Part shown: positions 27,901-42,002 of the stretch, piece by piece
Layout of the letters: the number at the start of each line of letters is the position of its first letter
Position numbering within the stretch: the first letter of the stretch is position 1
Assembly (NCBI RefSeq): GCF_009914755.1
Contig: NC_060927.1
Direction: 5' to 3' (one strand)
Source: the human T2T-CHM13v2.0 reference genome, Homo sapiens
Length of the DNA stretch: 64,000 nucleotides
Notes under the pieces: generated by a model
What the model saw: the letters and a program-made list of their open reading frames with translations, nothing else
Databases searched by the model: none
Told to the model about the DNA's origin: nothing
Made by a program: the position numbers and the translations under genes

Positions 27901-30173
27901 CCAGACCTGTCCTACAAGAAATGCTAAATGGGCTTCTTCAATCTGAAAGAACACTAATGAGCAACAAGAAATCATCTGAAGGTACAAAACCCATTGAAAC
28001 TAGTAAGCACACAGATAAATACAGAATATTAAACATTGTAATTGTGTATGTAAACTACTCACATCTTCAGTAGAAAGACTAAAAAATGAGCCCATCAAAA
28101 ACAATAATTACAATACCTTTTCAAGACATAGACAATAAATTAAATGTAAATAGAAAAAAACAAAAAGTTAAATAGTTCTGGGGTTGAAGTGTAGAGTTTA
28201 TATTGGTTTTATCTGGCTTGTTAGTTTGTTTGTTGTTCTTGTAATTAGTGTTAAGATGTCATCAGTTTAAAATAATGGGTTATAAGATGATATTTGCAAG
28301 GCTCATAGTAACTTCAAACCAACAAAACCACAACAGATACATGAAAAATAAAAGACAAGAAGTTAAAACATACCACCACAGAAAATGACCTTTATGAAAA
28401 GGAAGACAGGAAGGAGGGAAGGAAGGAAGGAAGGAAGGAAGGAAGGAAGGAAGGAAGGAAGGAAGGAAAGAAGGAAGGAAGGAAGGAAAGAAGGAAGGAA
28501 GGAAGACAATACAACCAGAAAACAAATAACAAAATTGCAATAGTAAGTCCTTACTCATCAACAATAACTTTGAATGTATAGTACTCTCCAATCAGAAGAC
28601 ATAAAGGATCTAACTGGATATAAAAAGAAGAAACAATGATCTCTTGCCTAGAAGAAACACACTTTACCTATGAAAAAAAAAAACACAGACTGAAAAATAT
28701 GGGGATGGAAAAAGATACTCCATGAAAATGGAAACTGAAAAAGAGCAGGAGGAGCTATACTACGAAATAGATTTCAAGAAAAAAGACATAAAAGAGATAA
28801 GGTCATTATAAAATAATAAAGAGGTCAATTCAGCAAGATAATGTAACAATTATAAATATATACGCAACAAACATAAGATCACCAAGATATAAACTAGAAA
28901 CTGCTAAAAACCTAAAAACAGCCTTAAAATGCCTAGAAATGATAAACAAATTCAATAGAGTTGCAATGTACAAATCAACATTCAAAAATTAGGGGTATTT
29001 GTATACAGCAATAACAAACAACTTGGAAAAGAAATTAAGAAAGTAATTCCATATATGGTAGCTTACAATAAAATAAAATACCTAGAAATAAATAACCAAA
29101 GAAGTGAAAGATCTCACAGTGAAAATCATAAAACATTGATGAAAGAAACTGAAGTGGACACAAAATAATAAACACAATTATGTTTATGAATTGGAAGAAT
29201 CAAAATAGTTAAAATGTTCATACTCAACAAAGCAATGTACAGATTCAATGCAATTCCTATAAAAATACCAATGACTTTCTTCATAGAAGTAGAAAAATTA
29301 TTCTAAAATTTATATGGAACTACAGAAGAACCAGAATAGCTAAAGCTATCTTAAGCAAAGAGGACAAAACTGGAGGAATCACATTACCTGACTTTATATT
29401 ATACTGCAAAGCTAAGATAACCCAAACAGCATGGTACTGGCATAAAAAGATACATAGAACCAATTAGTGAACCCAGAAATAAATCTATGAATCTACAGTG
29501 AACTCATTTCTGACAAAGCCTCCAAAAATATTCATTGGTGAAAGCAGAGTCTTTTCAATAAATGGTGCTAGGAAAACTGGATATCCATAGCAAAAGAATG
29601 AAACTAGACACCTATCTCTCATCATATACAAAAAACAATAAAAATGGATTAAAGACTGAAATCTCAGACCTCAAAGTATGAAACTATAAAAAGAAAATAC
29701 TGGGGAATAACTCCAGGATATTGGTCTGGGCAACAATTTCTTGAGTAATGCTCCAAACGGAAAAGCAACCAAAGCAAAAATAGACAAATGGGATCGCATC
29801 AAGTTAATACATTTCCGCAAAGCAAAGGAAACAATCAGCAAAGTGAAAGACAACCCACAGAATGGGAGAAAATATTTACAAACTTTCAATCTGACATGGG
29901 ATTAATAACAAGAATATATAAGAAGCTCAAACAACTCAACAGGAAGAAAACCTAATGATCAAATTTTTAAAAAATCATCAGAAATAATGCAATTCAAAAC
30001 TGCAATTAGATATAATCTCCCCCCAGCTAAGTGGCTTTTATCTAAAAGTCAGGCAATAACATATGTTGGTGATGAGGTGAGAGAAGGGAACCCTCATATA
30101 CTGTTGGTAGAAATGTAAATTAGTACAGCCACTATGGAGAACAGTATGGAAGTTCCCAATAAAATAAAAAATA
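24997..30173 (+). mobile_element. L1MA-type LINE-1 (#2): about 2-kb 5'UTR, broken ORF1, ORF2 with a large internal deletion near 28893, 3' end missing
   Basis: 5' end ggagtaagatggctaaatagaaccctcc; ORF1 fragment 27123-27320 (EFKIAVFRKLNEIQDN); the EN region ends at accaagatataaa and jumps to the post-RT segment; it stops where L1 #3 begins. Confidence 0.88.
28409..28504 (+). repeat. (GGAA)n microsatellite: 13 consecutive units at 28417-28468, then 4 and 3 separated by AGAA
   Basis: Counted directly; lies in the L1 inter-ORF spacer. Confidence 0.95.
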
Positions 30174-33100
30174 GGGTGGAGGAGAAGAGCACAATTGTTG
30201 AATAGAATGCTCCACTGATTACACTCCTGCAAAGACATCAATTTAACAACTATATACACTTAAAAAGCACCTTTATAAGAACCAAAATTCAGGTGCTCAC
30301 AGTACATGGTTTTAACTTTATGTCACTGAAAGAGGCATTGAAGAGGGTAGGAAAGAGTCCTGAATCACCTACATCATCCCTTCCTCCTCCCATGGCAGTG
30401 GCCACGTGGTATGGAAAAAGAATCTGAGTGTTTGGGAGAAAAGTGTAGCAATTGCGAGACACTGCATTGAACTCAGCGCTGCCCTGTCATAGCAGAAAGC
30501 ACAACCAGACTGAACTCAGCTGACTCCCACCTATGGATGGAGTATTTAAACCAGTCCTAGGCAAAGGACAATTGCTTGCCCCGGCAGTGGGAATCTGAGT
30601 TCTGACAAGCCTCATCACCATAGGCTCAAATGCTCTGGGACCCTAAATAAATTTGAAAGGCAGTCTAAGCCACAAGGACTGTAACTCCTGAACATGTCCC
30701 AGGGCTGAACAGGGCTCAGTGCCAATGGACTTGTGGGGCATGCAGCTTACTGAGACACCAGCTGCGGTGGCTAAGGCAGTGCTTGTGCCACCCCTCCCCC
30801 AACACCAGGCTCCACAGCTTGCAACTCCAAAAGAGACTTCTTCCTTCTACTTGAGGAGATAAGAGGGAAAAGTTAAAAAAAAGACTTTGTTTTCCATCTT
30901 GGATACCAGCTCGGTCACACTTGGATAAGGCAGTGTTCAGAGTCTTGAGGCCCCCTTTCCAGGCCCCAGCTCCTGGGTGACATTTCTAGAAGCACCCTGG
31001 GCCAGAAGGGGACCCACTGCCTTGAAGGGAAGGAGCCAGTCCTGCTAGGACACATCATGTGCTGATTAAAGAGCCCTTGAACCTAAATAATCAGCAGTGA
31101 TACCCAGATACTACACCATGGGCCTTGAGAGAGACTGAGATTGGCTGGCTTAAGGTGAGACTCAGCACATTCCCAGCTGTGGCGACTACCTACAGGGAGA
31201 AACTTCTTCTGCATGAGAAAAGCAGAGGGAAAAGTAAAGTGGACAGTGCCTTGCACCTTAGGTATTAGCTTGGCCACAGGGAGATAGAGCATCAAGCAGA
31301 CTCTTCAGATGCCTGATTCCAGACCTAGACTATTGGATGGCATTTCTGGACCTGTCCTCGGCCAGATAGGATACCCCTGCCCTGAAGGTCAAGTCCCAGG
31401 CCAGGCAGCATTAACCACAAGCTGACTGCAGTGCCCTTGGGCCTTAAGGGAACATCAGTGGTATCCTGGCAGTACTCCCCATAGGCCTGTGGAGGTGATG
31501 GTCACAGGATAAGGCTCATCTGCCTGTGGAAAGCGGACAGAAGAGTTGGAAGGACTATGTTTTGTAGTTTGAGTATAGTCTCAGCCACAGTACAACACAA
31601 TACCAGATAGACTTCTTAAATTTTTGCCTCCAGTTCCTGGATCCCAGATGGTACCACTGTACCCACCTGGGGTCTGAGGGAACTCACTGCCCTGAAGGAA
31701 AGGACAGAAGCCTGGTTGGCTTCACAACCTGCTGATTGTAGACCCCCAGCAAACATAGGCGGTATCCAGGTAGTGGTTACACCGGTCCTTGGGCAAGACC
31801 CAGTGCTGTGCTGGCTTCAAGTCACACACAGTGCAGGCCTAGTGGTAGTGGCCATAGTGGTACTTGTGTTACCCCAACCCCAGCTCCAGGTGGCTCAGAA
31901 CACACACAGAGATTTCATTTGGGAAAAACTAAGGGAAGGTAACAGAAGTCTCTTTCTGATAATCCAGAGAATTCTGGATCTTGTCCCAGACTATCAAGGC
32001 AATACCTCTGTAAGTTGGAAGAACCACGGTATTACTGTGCTTGTGATGCACTCTAACACAGCTTTGGCTTACATCACAACACACAGGTCCTTTTGCATAC
32101 TTGGAAAGCCCTCTTATGAAGAATGAGTACAAAGAATACCAGATGGCAAAAATTACAATAAATAATTAACTCTTCAATGCCCAGACATGACAAATGTCTA
32201 ATAAGCATCAAGATCATTCAGGAAAACACGGTTTTAGCAAACAAACTAAATGAGATACGAGGGACCAATCCTGGAGAAACAGAGATATGCGACCTTTCAG
32301 GTGGAGAATTCAAAATAGCTGTGTTGAGGAAACTCAAAGTAATTAAAGAGAACACAGAGAAGGAAATCAAAATTCTATAATATAAATTTAACAAAGACAT
32401 TGAAATAATTAAAAAGAATCAAGCAGAAATTCTAGAGTTGAAAAATGAAATTGACATACTGAAGAATGCACCAGAGTTTTTTAATAGCAGAATTGATCAG
32501 GCAGAAGAGAGAATTAGTGAGCTTGAAGACAGGCTATTTGAAAATACACAGAGGAGACAAAAGAAAAAAGAATAAAAAACAGTGAAGGATGCCTACAAGA
32601 TCTAGAAAATAGCCTCAAAAGGACAAATTTAAGAGTTAGTGGCCTTAAAGACCAGGTAGAGAAAGAGATAGGGATAGAAAGTTTGTTCACAGGGATAATA
32701 ATGAGAACTTCTCAAACCTAGAGAAAGATATCAACATTCAAGTACAAAAAGGTTGTACACCAAGAAGATGTAATCCAAAGAACACACGTCAGAGCATTGA
32801 ATAATCAAACTCCCAAAGGTCAACAATAAAGAAAGGATCCTAAAAGCAGCAAGAGAAAAGAAAAAGTAACATACAAAGACTTTCAATAAGCCTGGCAGCA
32901 GACTTTTCAGTGGAAACCCTACAATCCAAAAGAAAGTGGCATGGTGTATTAAAAGTACTGAAGGAATTTTTGTTTTTTACTGTAGAGTAGTATATCTGGT
33001 GAAAATATCCTTGAAATGTAAAGGGTGAAATAAAGACTTTCCTAGACTAATAAAAGCTGAGGGATCTTATCAACATCAGACTTCTCCAGAAATGCTAAAG

Positions 33101-36100
33101 AAAATACTTCAATCAGAAAGAAAAAGACATTAACAAGCAATACAAAATCATCTGAAGGTGCAAAAATCACTACTAATAGTAAGTACGCACAGAAAAACAC
33201 AGAGTATTATACCACCAGAGAAAATCATCTTCACTAAAAAGAAGACACGAAGGAAGGAAAGAAAGAAAGAGGGGAAAACCACAAAACAACCAGAAAACAA
33301 ATAACAAAATAGCAAGAGTAAGTCCTTACTTCTCAATAATAACATTGAATGTAAATGGACGACACCCTCCAATCAAAAGACATATAGTGGCTGAACGGAT
33401 AACAAAACAAGACCCAATAATCTGTTTTCTAGAAGAAATACACTTAACTTATAAAAATACACATAAACTGAAAATAAGGGAATGGAAAAAGATGTTCTGT
33501 GCCAATGGAAACCAAAAAAGAGCAAGAGCAGCTATTCTTATATCAGACAAATAGCTTCCAAGACAAAAATCATGAGACAAAGAAGGTCATTATATAATAA
33601 GAAAACGGCCAAACTAGCAACAGGATATAATGATATAAATATATATGCACCCAACACAGAAACACCCAGAGAAATAACGCAAATATTATTAGAGCTGAGG
33701 ACAGAGACCTCAATAAAATAATAGCTGGAGATTTCCACACCTCACTTTTAGCATTGGACAGATCTCCCAGGCAGAAAATCAACAAAGGAACATTGGACTT
33801 AAAATGCAGTATGGAATAAATAGACATGATAGATATTTACAGAACATTTCATCCAATGGCTGCAGACTACTCATTATTTTTCCTCAACACATGAATCATT
33901 CTCAAGCATAGATTATATGGTAGGTCACAAAACAAGCCTTAAAACATTCCAAAAACTTGAAATATTATCAAGCATCTTCTCTGACACAATGGAATAAAAA
34001 TACAAATCAATAGCAGGAGGAATTTTGGAAACTATACAAACACATAAAAATTAAACAATATATGACCAGTGGGCCATTGAAAAAATTAAGAAGGAAATTG
34101 AAAAAATTCTTGAAACAAATAATAATGGAGACACAACATAACAAAGCTTATGAAATTTAGCAAAAGCAGATCTAAGATGGAAGTTTATGGCCATAAGTGC
34201 CTACATCAAAAAAGGAAAAACTCCACCTAAGGATGCATCTAAGAACTAGAAAATCAAGAGCAAACCAAACCCAAAATTAGTAGATGAAAAGAAATAATGA
34301 AGATTAGAGTTGAAATAAATGAATATGAGATGAAAAAAATATTAAGTATCAGTGAAACAAAAAGTTGGTTTTTTGAAAAGATAAAACTGACAAACCTTTA
34401 CCTACACTAAGAAAAAAAGAAAACAGTAATAAATAAAATCAGAGATGAAAAAGTAGATATTACTTCTGATAGTGCAGAAATTCTAAGGATAATTAGTGAC
34501 TGCTATGAGCAACTTTATGTCAATAAATTGAAAAATCTGGAATAAATGGATAAATTCCCAGACACATACAACCTACTCAGGCTGAAGCAGGAAGAAGTTC
34601 AAAACCTGAACAGATCAATAACAAGTAATGAGATCAAAGCCATAACAAAAAGTCTCTCAGCAAAAAAGGCCTGGGATCCAATGACTTCACTGCTGAATTC
34701 TACCAAACATTTAAAGAAAAACAAGTATCAATTCTACTCAAGCTATTCTGAAAAATAGAGAATACTTCCAAATTTATTCTACAAGGCCATTATTACACTG
34801 ATACCAAAATCAAACAAAGACACATTAAAAAAAACTACTGGCCAATATCTCTGATGAATATTGGTGCAAAAATCCTCAAGAAAATACTAGCAAACTGAAT
34901 TCAACAGCACATTTAAAAGATCATTTATTGTGACCCAGTGGGATTTATCCCAAGGATGCAAGGATGGCTCAACATATGCAAATCAACTGGTGTAATACAT
35001 CATATCAACAGAATGAAGGACAAAAACCATATGATCATTTTCATTGATGCTGAAAAAGTGTTTGATAAAATTCAACATCCCTTCATGATAAAAACACTAA
35101 AAAACTGGGGGTAGAAGGAGCATACCTCAACGTGACAAAAGCCATATAAAACCGACCCATAGCTAGTATCATCTTATATGGAGAAAAAATGAAAGCATTC
35201 CTCTATATTCTGCAATATGACAAAGATGCTCACTTTCACTACTGTTATTCAACACAGAACTGGAAGGTCTAGTTAGAGAAATCTGACAAAAAAAATAATG
35301 GGCATCTTTACTGGGAAGGAAGAAGTTAAATTATACTTCTTTGCAGATTATGTGATCTTATATTAGGAAAACCCTATAGACTCCGTCAAAATGCTGTTAG
35401 AACTGGTAAACAAATTCAGTAACAATGAAGGATACAAACTCAACATTCAAAAATCAGTAGCATTTCTAGATGCCAATAGCAAACAATCTGAAAAAAGAAA
35501 TCAAGAAAGTAATCCCATTACAATAGTTACAAATCAAATAAAATACCTAGGAATTAGCCAAAGAAGAGAAAGAGCTCTATAATGAAAATTATAAAACACT
35601 GGTGGCAGAAATTAAAAAGGACACTCAAATGGAAGAAATTCCATTTTCATGGACTGGAAGAATTAATATTGTTAAAATTTTCATGCTACCCAGAGCAATC
35701 TACAGATTCAATGCAATTTCTATCAAAATACCAATAACTTTGTTCACATAAATAGAAAAAACAAGCCTAGCATTTGTTTGGAAGCAGAAAAGACCCAGAA
35801 TAGTCAAAGCTATCCTAAACAAAAAGAACAAAACTGGAGGAATCACATTACTTGATTTCAAATTATACTACAGAGCTACAGTAACCAAAACAGCACAATA
35901 CTGGCATAAAAACAGATACATAGACCAATGGGACAGAACAGAGAACCCAGAATCAAATCTACACACCTACGGTGAACTCATTTTTGACAAATGTGCCAAG
36001 AACATAAACTGGGGAAAAGACAGTCTCTTCAATACACGATTCTGAGAAAACTGGATATCCATATGCAGAAGAATAAAAGTAGACACCTATCTCTTACCAC

Positions 36101-37423
36101 ATACAAAAATCACATCAAAATGGGTTGAAGACTTCAATCTAAGAACTCAAACTATGAAACTACCTCAAGAAAACATTGAGAAACACTCCCAGATGTTGGT
36201 CTGGGCTACAATTTCTTGAGTAAAACCCCTAAAGTAAAAGCAACCAAAGCACAAATGGACAAAGGGGGCCCCATCAAGTTTAAAAACTTCTGCACAGCAA
36301 ACAATCAACAAAGTGAAGAGACAACTCATGGAATGGGAGAAAATATTTGAAAACTCCCTATCTGACATGAAATTAATAACCAGAACATATAAGGAGCTCA
36401 AACAACTCTATAGGAAAAAAAATCTAATAATCTGATTTAAAAATAGGCAAAGAGTTTGAATAGACATTTCTCAAAAGAAGACATACAAATAGTCAACAAG
36501 TATATGAAAAGGTGTTCACCATCATTGCTAATCAGAGAAATGCAAATCAAAATGACAATGATATATCATCTCACCCCAGTTAAAATGGCTTTTATCCAAA
36601 AGTGAGGCAATAACATGTGCTGGTGAGGATGTGAGAGCAGGGAATCCTCACATGCTGTTGGTAGAAATTCACAGCCACTATGGATAATAGTTTGGAGGTT
36701 CCTCAAAAAACTAAAAATAGAGCTGCCTTACTATTCAGCAATCCCTCTTCTGGGTATATGCCCAAAAGAAAGAAAATCAGTATATCGAAGAGATATCTGC
36801 ACTCCCATGTTTATTGCAGCATTGTTCACAATAGCCAAGACTCGAAAGCAACCTAAGTGTCCATCAGCAGATAAGTGGAGAAAGAAAATTTGCATGTACA
36901 CTATAGAGTACTATGCATCTTTAAAAAATGGGATTCTGTCATTTGCAACAACATGGAAGGAATTGGAGGTCAATATATTATGTGAAGTGTAAGCCAGGCA
37001 TAGAAAGACAATCATCACATGTTCTCACTTATTTGTGGAAGCTAAAAATTAAAACAATCGAACCCGTGGAGATAGGGAGTAGGATGATTACCAGAGGCTG
37101 AGAAGAGTATTGGAGGTTGAGAGGTGGGGAAGTGGGGAGTGTTTGTTAATGGATACAAATAAATAGTTAGAAAAAATAAGACCTAGTATTCACTGGTACA
37201 AAAGGGAGACTATTGTAAAAAGAATTTAGTTGTACATTTTAAAATAACTAAAAGATTATAATTGGACTGTTACACAAAGGATAAATATTTGAGGGGATGG
37301 ATACCCAATTTTCTGTGATGTGATTATTACGCATTGCATTCCTGTGCCAAAATACCTCAGGTACTCCATAAATATATACACCTCCTATTAATATGTACCC
37401 ACAAAAATTAAAAATTAAGAAAA
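30174..37423 (+). mobile_element. Near full-length L1MA-type LINE-1 (#3): ORF1 from about 32177, ORF2 about 33310-36990, both broken
   Basis: ORF1 N-terminus 32177-32380; EN 33345-33554 (NVNG, DPIICFLEEIH); ORF2 pieces at 34546, 35391 and 36807 ([11 protein letters not shown]); L1MA 3'UTR ending tatgtacccacaaaaattaaaaatt. Confidence 0.9.
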
Positions 37424-37427
37424 TGAT

Positions 37428-38908
37428 AAAAATACCTTATTGCTAATGATCATCAGAGGCTTCAGTGAGTGATAAATTTTTGCTGGTAGTGGTATTCACC
37501 TCAATATTGTTGTTTGCTGACATCAGGATGGTGGTTGCTGAAGGCTGTAGTGGTTGTGGCAGTTTCTTAAAATAAGAGAAAAATAATGTTTGTCACATCA
37601 ACACTTTCCTTCACAAAAGATTTCTCTGTAGCATGCAAAGCTGTTTGATAGCATTTTGCCCACAGTAGAACTTTCAAAACTGGAGTCAGTTTTCTCAAAC
37701 CCCGCTACTGCTTTATCAACTAGGTTTATGAAATATTCTAAATCCTTTGTTGTCAGTTCAACAGTGTTCACAGCATCTTCACCAGGAGTAAATTATATCT
37801 TAAGAAACAACTTTCTTGCTCGTCCATAAGAAAACACTCTTCATCTGTTCATGTTTTGTCATGAGATTACAGCAATTCAGTCACATCTTCAGGCTATACT
37901 TCTAATTCTAGTTTTCTTACTGTTTCCACTGCATCTGTAGTTGCTTCCTCCACTGACGCCTGGAACCCCCCAAAGTCTTCCATGAGGATTGGGATCAACT
38001 TCTTCCAAACTCCTGTTAACATTGATATTCTGACTTTCTCCCATGAACCACAATGTTCTTAATGGCATCTAGCATGGTAAATTATTTCCAGAAAATTTTC
38101 AATTTACCTTGCCCACATGCATTACAGGAATCATTCTCTATAGCCTTACAAGATGTGTGTCTTAATAAGACTTAGAGCCAGAAATTACTTTTTGATCCAT
38201 AGGCTGAAGAATGGATGTTGTCTTAGCAGGCATGAAAACATTAATCTCTTTTTATATTTCCATGAGAGCTCTTGGGTGACTAAGAGCACTGTCAATGAGT
38301 AGTAGTATTTAGAAAAGAATATTTTTTTCCCGAGCAGTAAATCTCAACAGCAAGCTTAAAATATTTAGAAAACCATGCTGTAAACAAATGTGCTGTCATC
38401 CAGGCTTTGTTGTTCCATTTATAAAGCACAGGCAAAATAGATTTAGCATAATTCTTAAGGGTCTTAGGTTTTTCAAAATGGTAAAAGAGCATTGGCTTAA
38501 CTTAAAGTAACCAGCTGCATAAGCCCTTAACAAGAGAGTCAGCCGGTCTTTTGAAGTTTGGAGCCAGCCGTTGACTTCTCCTTTCTAGCATGAAAGTCAT
38601 AGATAGCATCTTACTCCAATAGAAGACTGTTTTTTCTAGGTGGAACATCTGTTGTTTGGTGTAGCCACCTTCATCAATGATCTTAGCTAGATCTTTTGGA
38701 TAATTTGCTACTGGTTCTTTACCAGCACTTGCTGCTTTACCTCGTACTTTTTTGTTATAGGGATGGCTTCTTCCACTAAATCTCATGAAGTGACCTCTGC
38801 TAGATTCCTACTTTTCTTCAGCCACCTCACCTTTCTCAGCCTTCGTAGATTTGAAGAGAGTTAGGGCATTTCTCTGGACTACACTTTAGCTTAAAAAAAT
38901 GTTGTAGC
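37428..38908 (-). mobile_element. Tigger1 (TcMar-Tigger/pogo) DNA transposon internal fragment with disrupted transposase
   Basis: Minus ORFs 38292-38492 ([30 protein letters not shown]) and 38502-38786 (ANYPKDLAKIIDEGGYTKQQMF) match the Tigger1/TIGD1-type transposase. No terminal inverted repeat is seen at either end. Confidence 0.92.
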
Positions 38909-38943
38909 TTCTCAATTTCCATAGTGTCCACAACCCCTCTTTT

Positions 38944-39306
38944 TTTAGGTCTCTTATTCGACTCTGTAGTGCTTAAGATAATCTTTAATTGAAGAGATGT
39001 GTCGCATAAAACCACAAAGCTGCAAAAAGGTTTTATAGTTAACAGTTAATCTGGAGTAACATTTTAATTTTCTTTAATCACAAAATCATCTAATTTAAAT
39101 TAAATTAAATCTGCTAATTTAATTAATTGCTAAACTTATCATCATCTATTTTTATTCCTCCAGCCATAGGACTTAAGCTCAAGCTCTTTTCAAAATAAAC
39201 CTATAAGCCTACCCCATCCTATGGAAGTTGTAAACTAGAAAAACAATCGATTTAGCTGGTCTCTTTTGGGCTAGTTTTTTTTTTTTTAATTATACTTTAA
39301 GTTCTG
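38944..39306 (-). mobile_element. L1-mediated 3' transduction: 19 nt of L1PA 3' end, A13, about 328 bp non-L1 DNA, short A tail
   Basis: Exact 15-bp TSD cacaacccctctttt at 38929-38943 and 39307-39321; EN site TTTT/AA; 39288-39306 is the reverse complement of cagaacttaaagtataatt. Confidence 0.8.
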
Positions 39307-39344
39307 CACAACCCCTCTTTTAATGATATACTGAACTCCCTTGC

Positions 39345-39620
39345 CCTACCTCTGTGCAACCAGCATAGTCACTCATTACTTTTTTATTTCCAAATCCGGT
39401 GGACACTTTTCAGTTCCTATTTTGCCTTACTATTTACCATTTGACACTATTTTTGAAACCCAGTCTTCCTTTAGCTTCTAATTTTTCTTCTTCCCTTACT
39501 AACGGTTTAGTGCCCTTTGCTGTTATTTTTCTTCTACTCATTCCTTGAATGTTGATGTTTCTAGATTATCTGCTCCTTTCATTACCCACACTCTCCCTAG
39601 GTAATCACATCTACTCTGAC
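39345..39620 (+). mobile_element. L2 LINE fragment; more L2 is likely at about 40000-40650
   Basis: ccaaatccggtggacacttttcagttcctat...catttgacact...cactctccctaggtaatcacatc resembles L2 ORF2. Confidence 0.6.
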
Positions 39621-40038
39621 AAATAGAGCAATCACATCTATTAAGAAGGGTCAACGTTAGGATAATATGACAATGAGACCCTACAAAACTCAATTACTTA
39701 AAGAACAAATACCTTTAAAAAATTCACAAAACAGTTCAAGATGAGTACTTTAGGCTGGTGGGAGGCTTTGTTCCAGTGACCCAGGTTTCCTTCAAATCAC
39801 TTCTTCACCATTCTGTAGGGCATTGCTGTGGCTCCGTGATCAATGGTGGATTGTTCCAGGTTCTAGTTCTCCACAAAATGGGAAGAAAAAAATATGAAGA
39901 AGATATCCCAGCTTCTTTTACCCTAGTTCAGGGATCCAACATTTCTATTCTTCTAGTTACAATTTCCATATCTACTATTTTAATTTTTGGTACATTTTTC
40001 ACACAACATCCAGTATGATCTTTTAGAGATACAAGTCT

Positions 40039-40388
<350 letters not shown>

Positions 40389-42002
40389 TTAACTTTGCTT
40401 ATAAATCTTTCTACAATCTAGCCCTTGCCTAATGCTCAGCTGTATCCATGGTCATTCTTTCATAGTTTTGAACTCTATCGTCCATTACTATTGAACTAAT
40501 CTCAATTTCTTGAAATAATATTTTATGTATTTATATGTCATTCCCTTTGTGTAGATATCATTTTATCATCTTTTGTTTGGTTATTTCCCACCTTTTACTT
40601 ATCTTTTAGGTTTGAGCTGAAATTTTATTTCCTCCACTGAATTCACAAGATACTTCAATATCAAAAATTGAGGAAGTAATTCAAAGAGAATGCATAAAAT
40701 ACAATGAGAGATATTAATAAAATCTCTAACTTAGAAAGCTATTGTTTATGAACTCATGGGCTACAATTTTAGTGCAAGTTCTGTTAGCAGATGGCCAGCA
40801 TGTTGGACCACAAACTCTGAAACCTAAAATTAGGTAGCATTCAATTACAAAGGCTATTAATAAATAGCTATATCCCTGTATCTGCATGTAGCAGTGTGAA
40901 AGAATCATGTAGGCCTTTATTTAGAAATTTCCCCCTTGTTTGGCTGCCATTTTTTGGTGGCTTGAATTTTTTTTTTTTTTTTTAATAATAGGATATAGCT
41001 AGCAAGGTCTTCTACAATGTCAGTTCAATTAATGTTTTCAAAAATGGAATCTATTGTGCCTGCCCTATTGTTTTCACATAGAAATGGGTAGCTTAGCCTT
41101 GGTATCTTGGCCCAAATGCTACATTATTTTTTCAAAAGATTCAGCTCCAATTCGACTTGAAAAGTTGCCTATGTCGTTGACATTGCCAATTACATTTTAT
41201 CAAAGTCTGTACTTCGTTGGCTTTCCAAAATAAGCAGAGGAGAATTCTGATTTTTAGTAGGTGGTCCCAGTAATTGCAGGCCTTGAAAAATTTCAGATAA
41301 ATTTTAATTTTTATGTAAACCAATACCCTTATTAAAATTCTGTCAATATAAAAATTTTATCCCCATAAGCTCCATCAGCTTATGTGAAGCAGCATTCACC
41401 ATATTGCTTTTTATTTAGAAGTTCTTTATGTATTCCTTTTATTTTGCACACAATTGTCTCTGTGTGCTTTTGTCTTGTCTAGGATTCATTCTACAATTTT
41501 TAATCTCTCAACTAGTTAATTTTAGATGTAGAAAGCATATATTTGCTTCACATTTTACATAGTACTTGTTAATAAGATAATGCATAGCACATAGTAGATT
41601 AATTAGAAACATAGTAGTAAATAGTTGAAGACAAAGAAATCTATGGGTAACAATAAGGTGACCAACAGAGATAGTTCCTTAACTACTTGAGAAAAAGATA
41701 CAAAAAATAAAATGCTGCCATCTCTCTTAAAGTATATTTTATTAATTTCTCTCAAAGGGAACCATTTCTTAAATTAATACATACATGTTCCTGATTTTAA
41801 GTAAATGCTAATAAAACAATTTACATAAAGGTGAACAAAATAGAAATATTAATTGTTACTTGTTGTGATTATTACTGTAAAATGAATTACCCATGACTCT
41901 TTATAATGGGATTATAGGAGACCTAATTATATGGTACCTGCTGTTCACTGCACCCAAATAAGTTGCCTGAATTTGGTGAAGAAACAAAATTTTCGAGAAA
42001 AA

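Noticed and set aside
38292-38786. Domesticated TIGD1-like transposase gene
   Set aside because: Frameshifted, interrupted by stops and truncated; an ordinary Tigger1 fossil.
41139-41275. CpG-containing unique stretch as a possible exon
   Set aside because: Weak acceptor, stops in all three plus frames and no recognisable homology.
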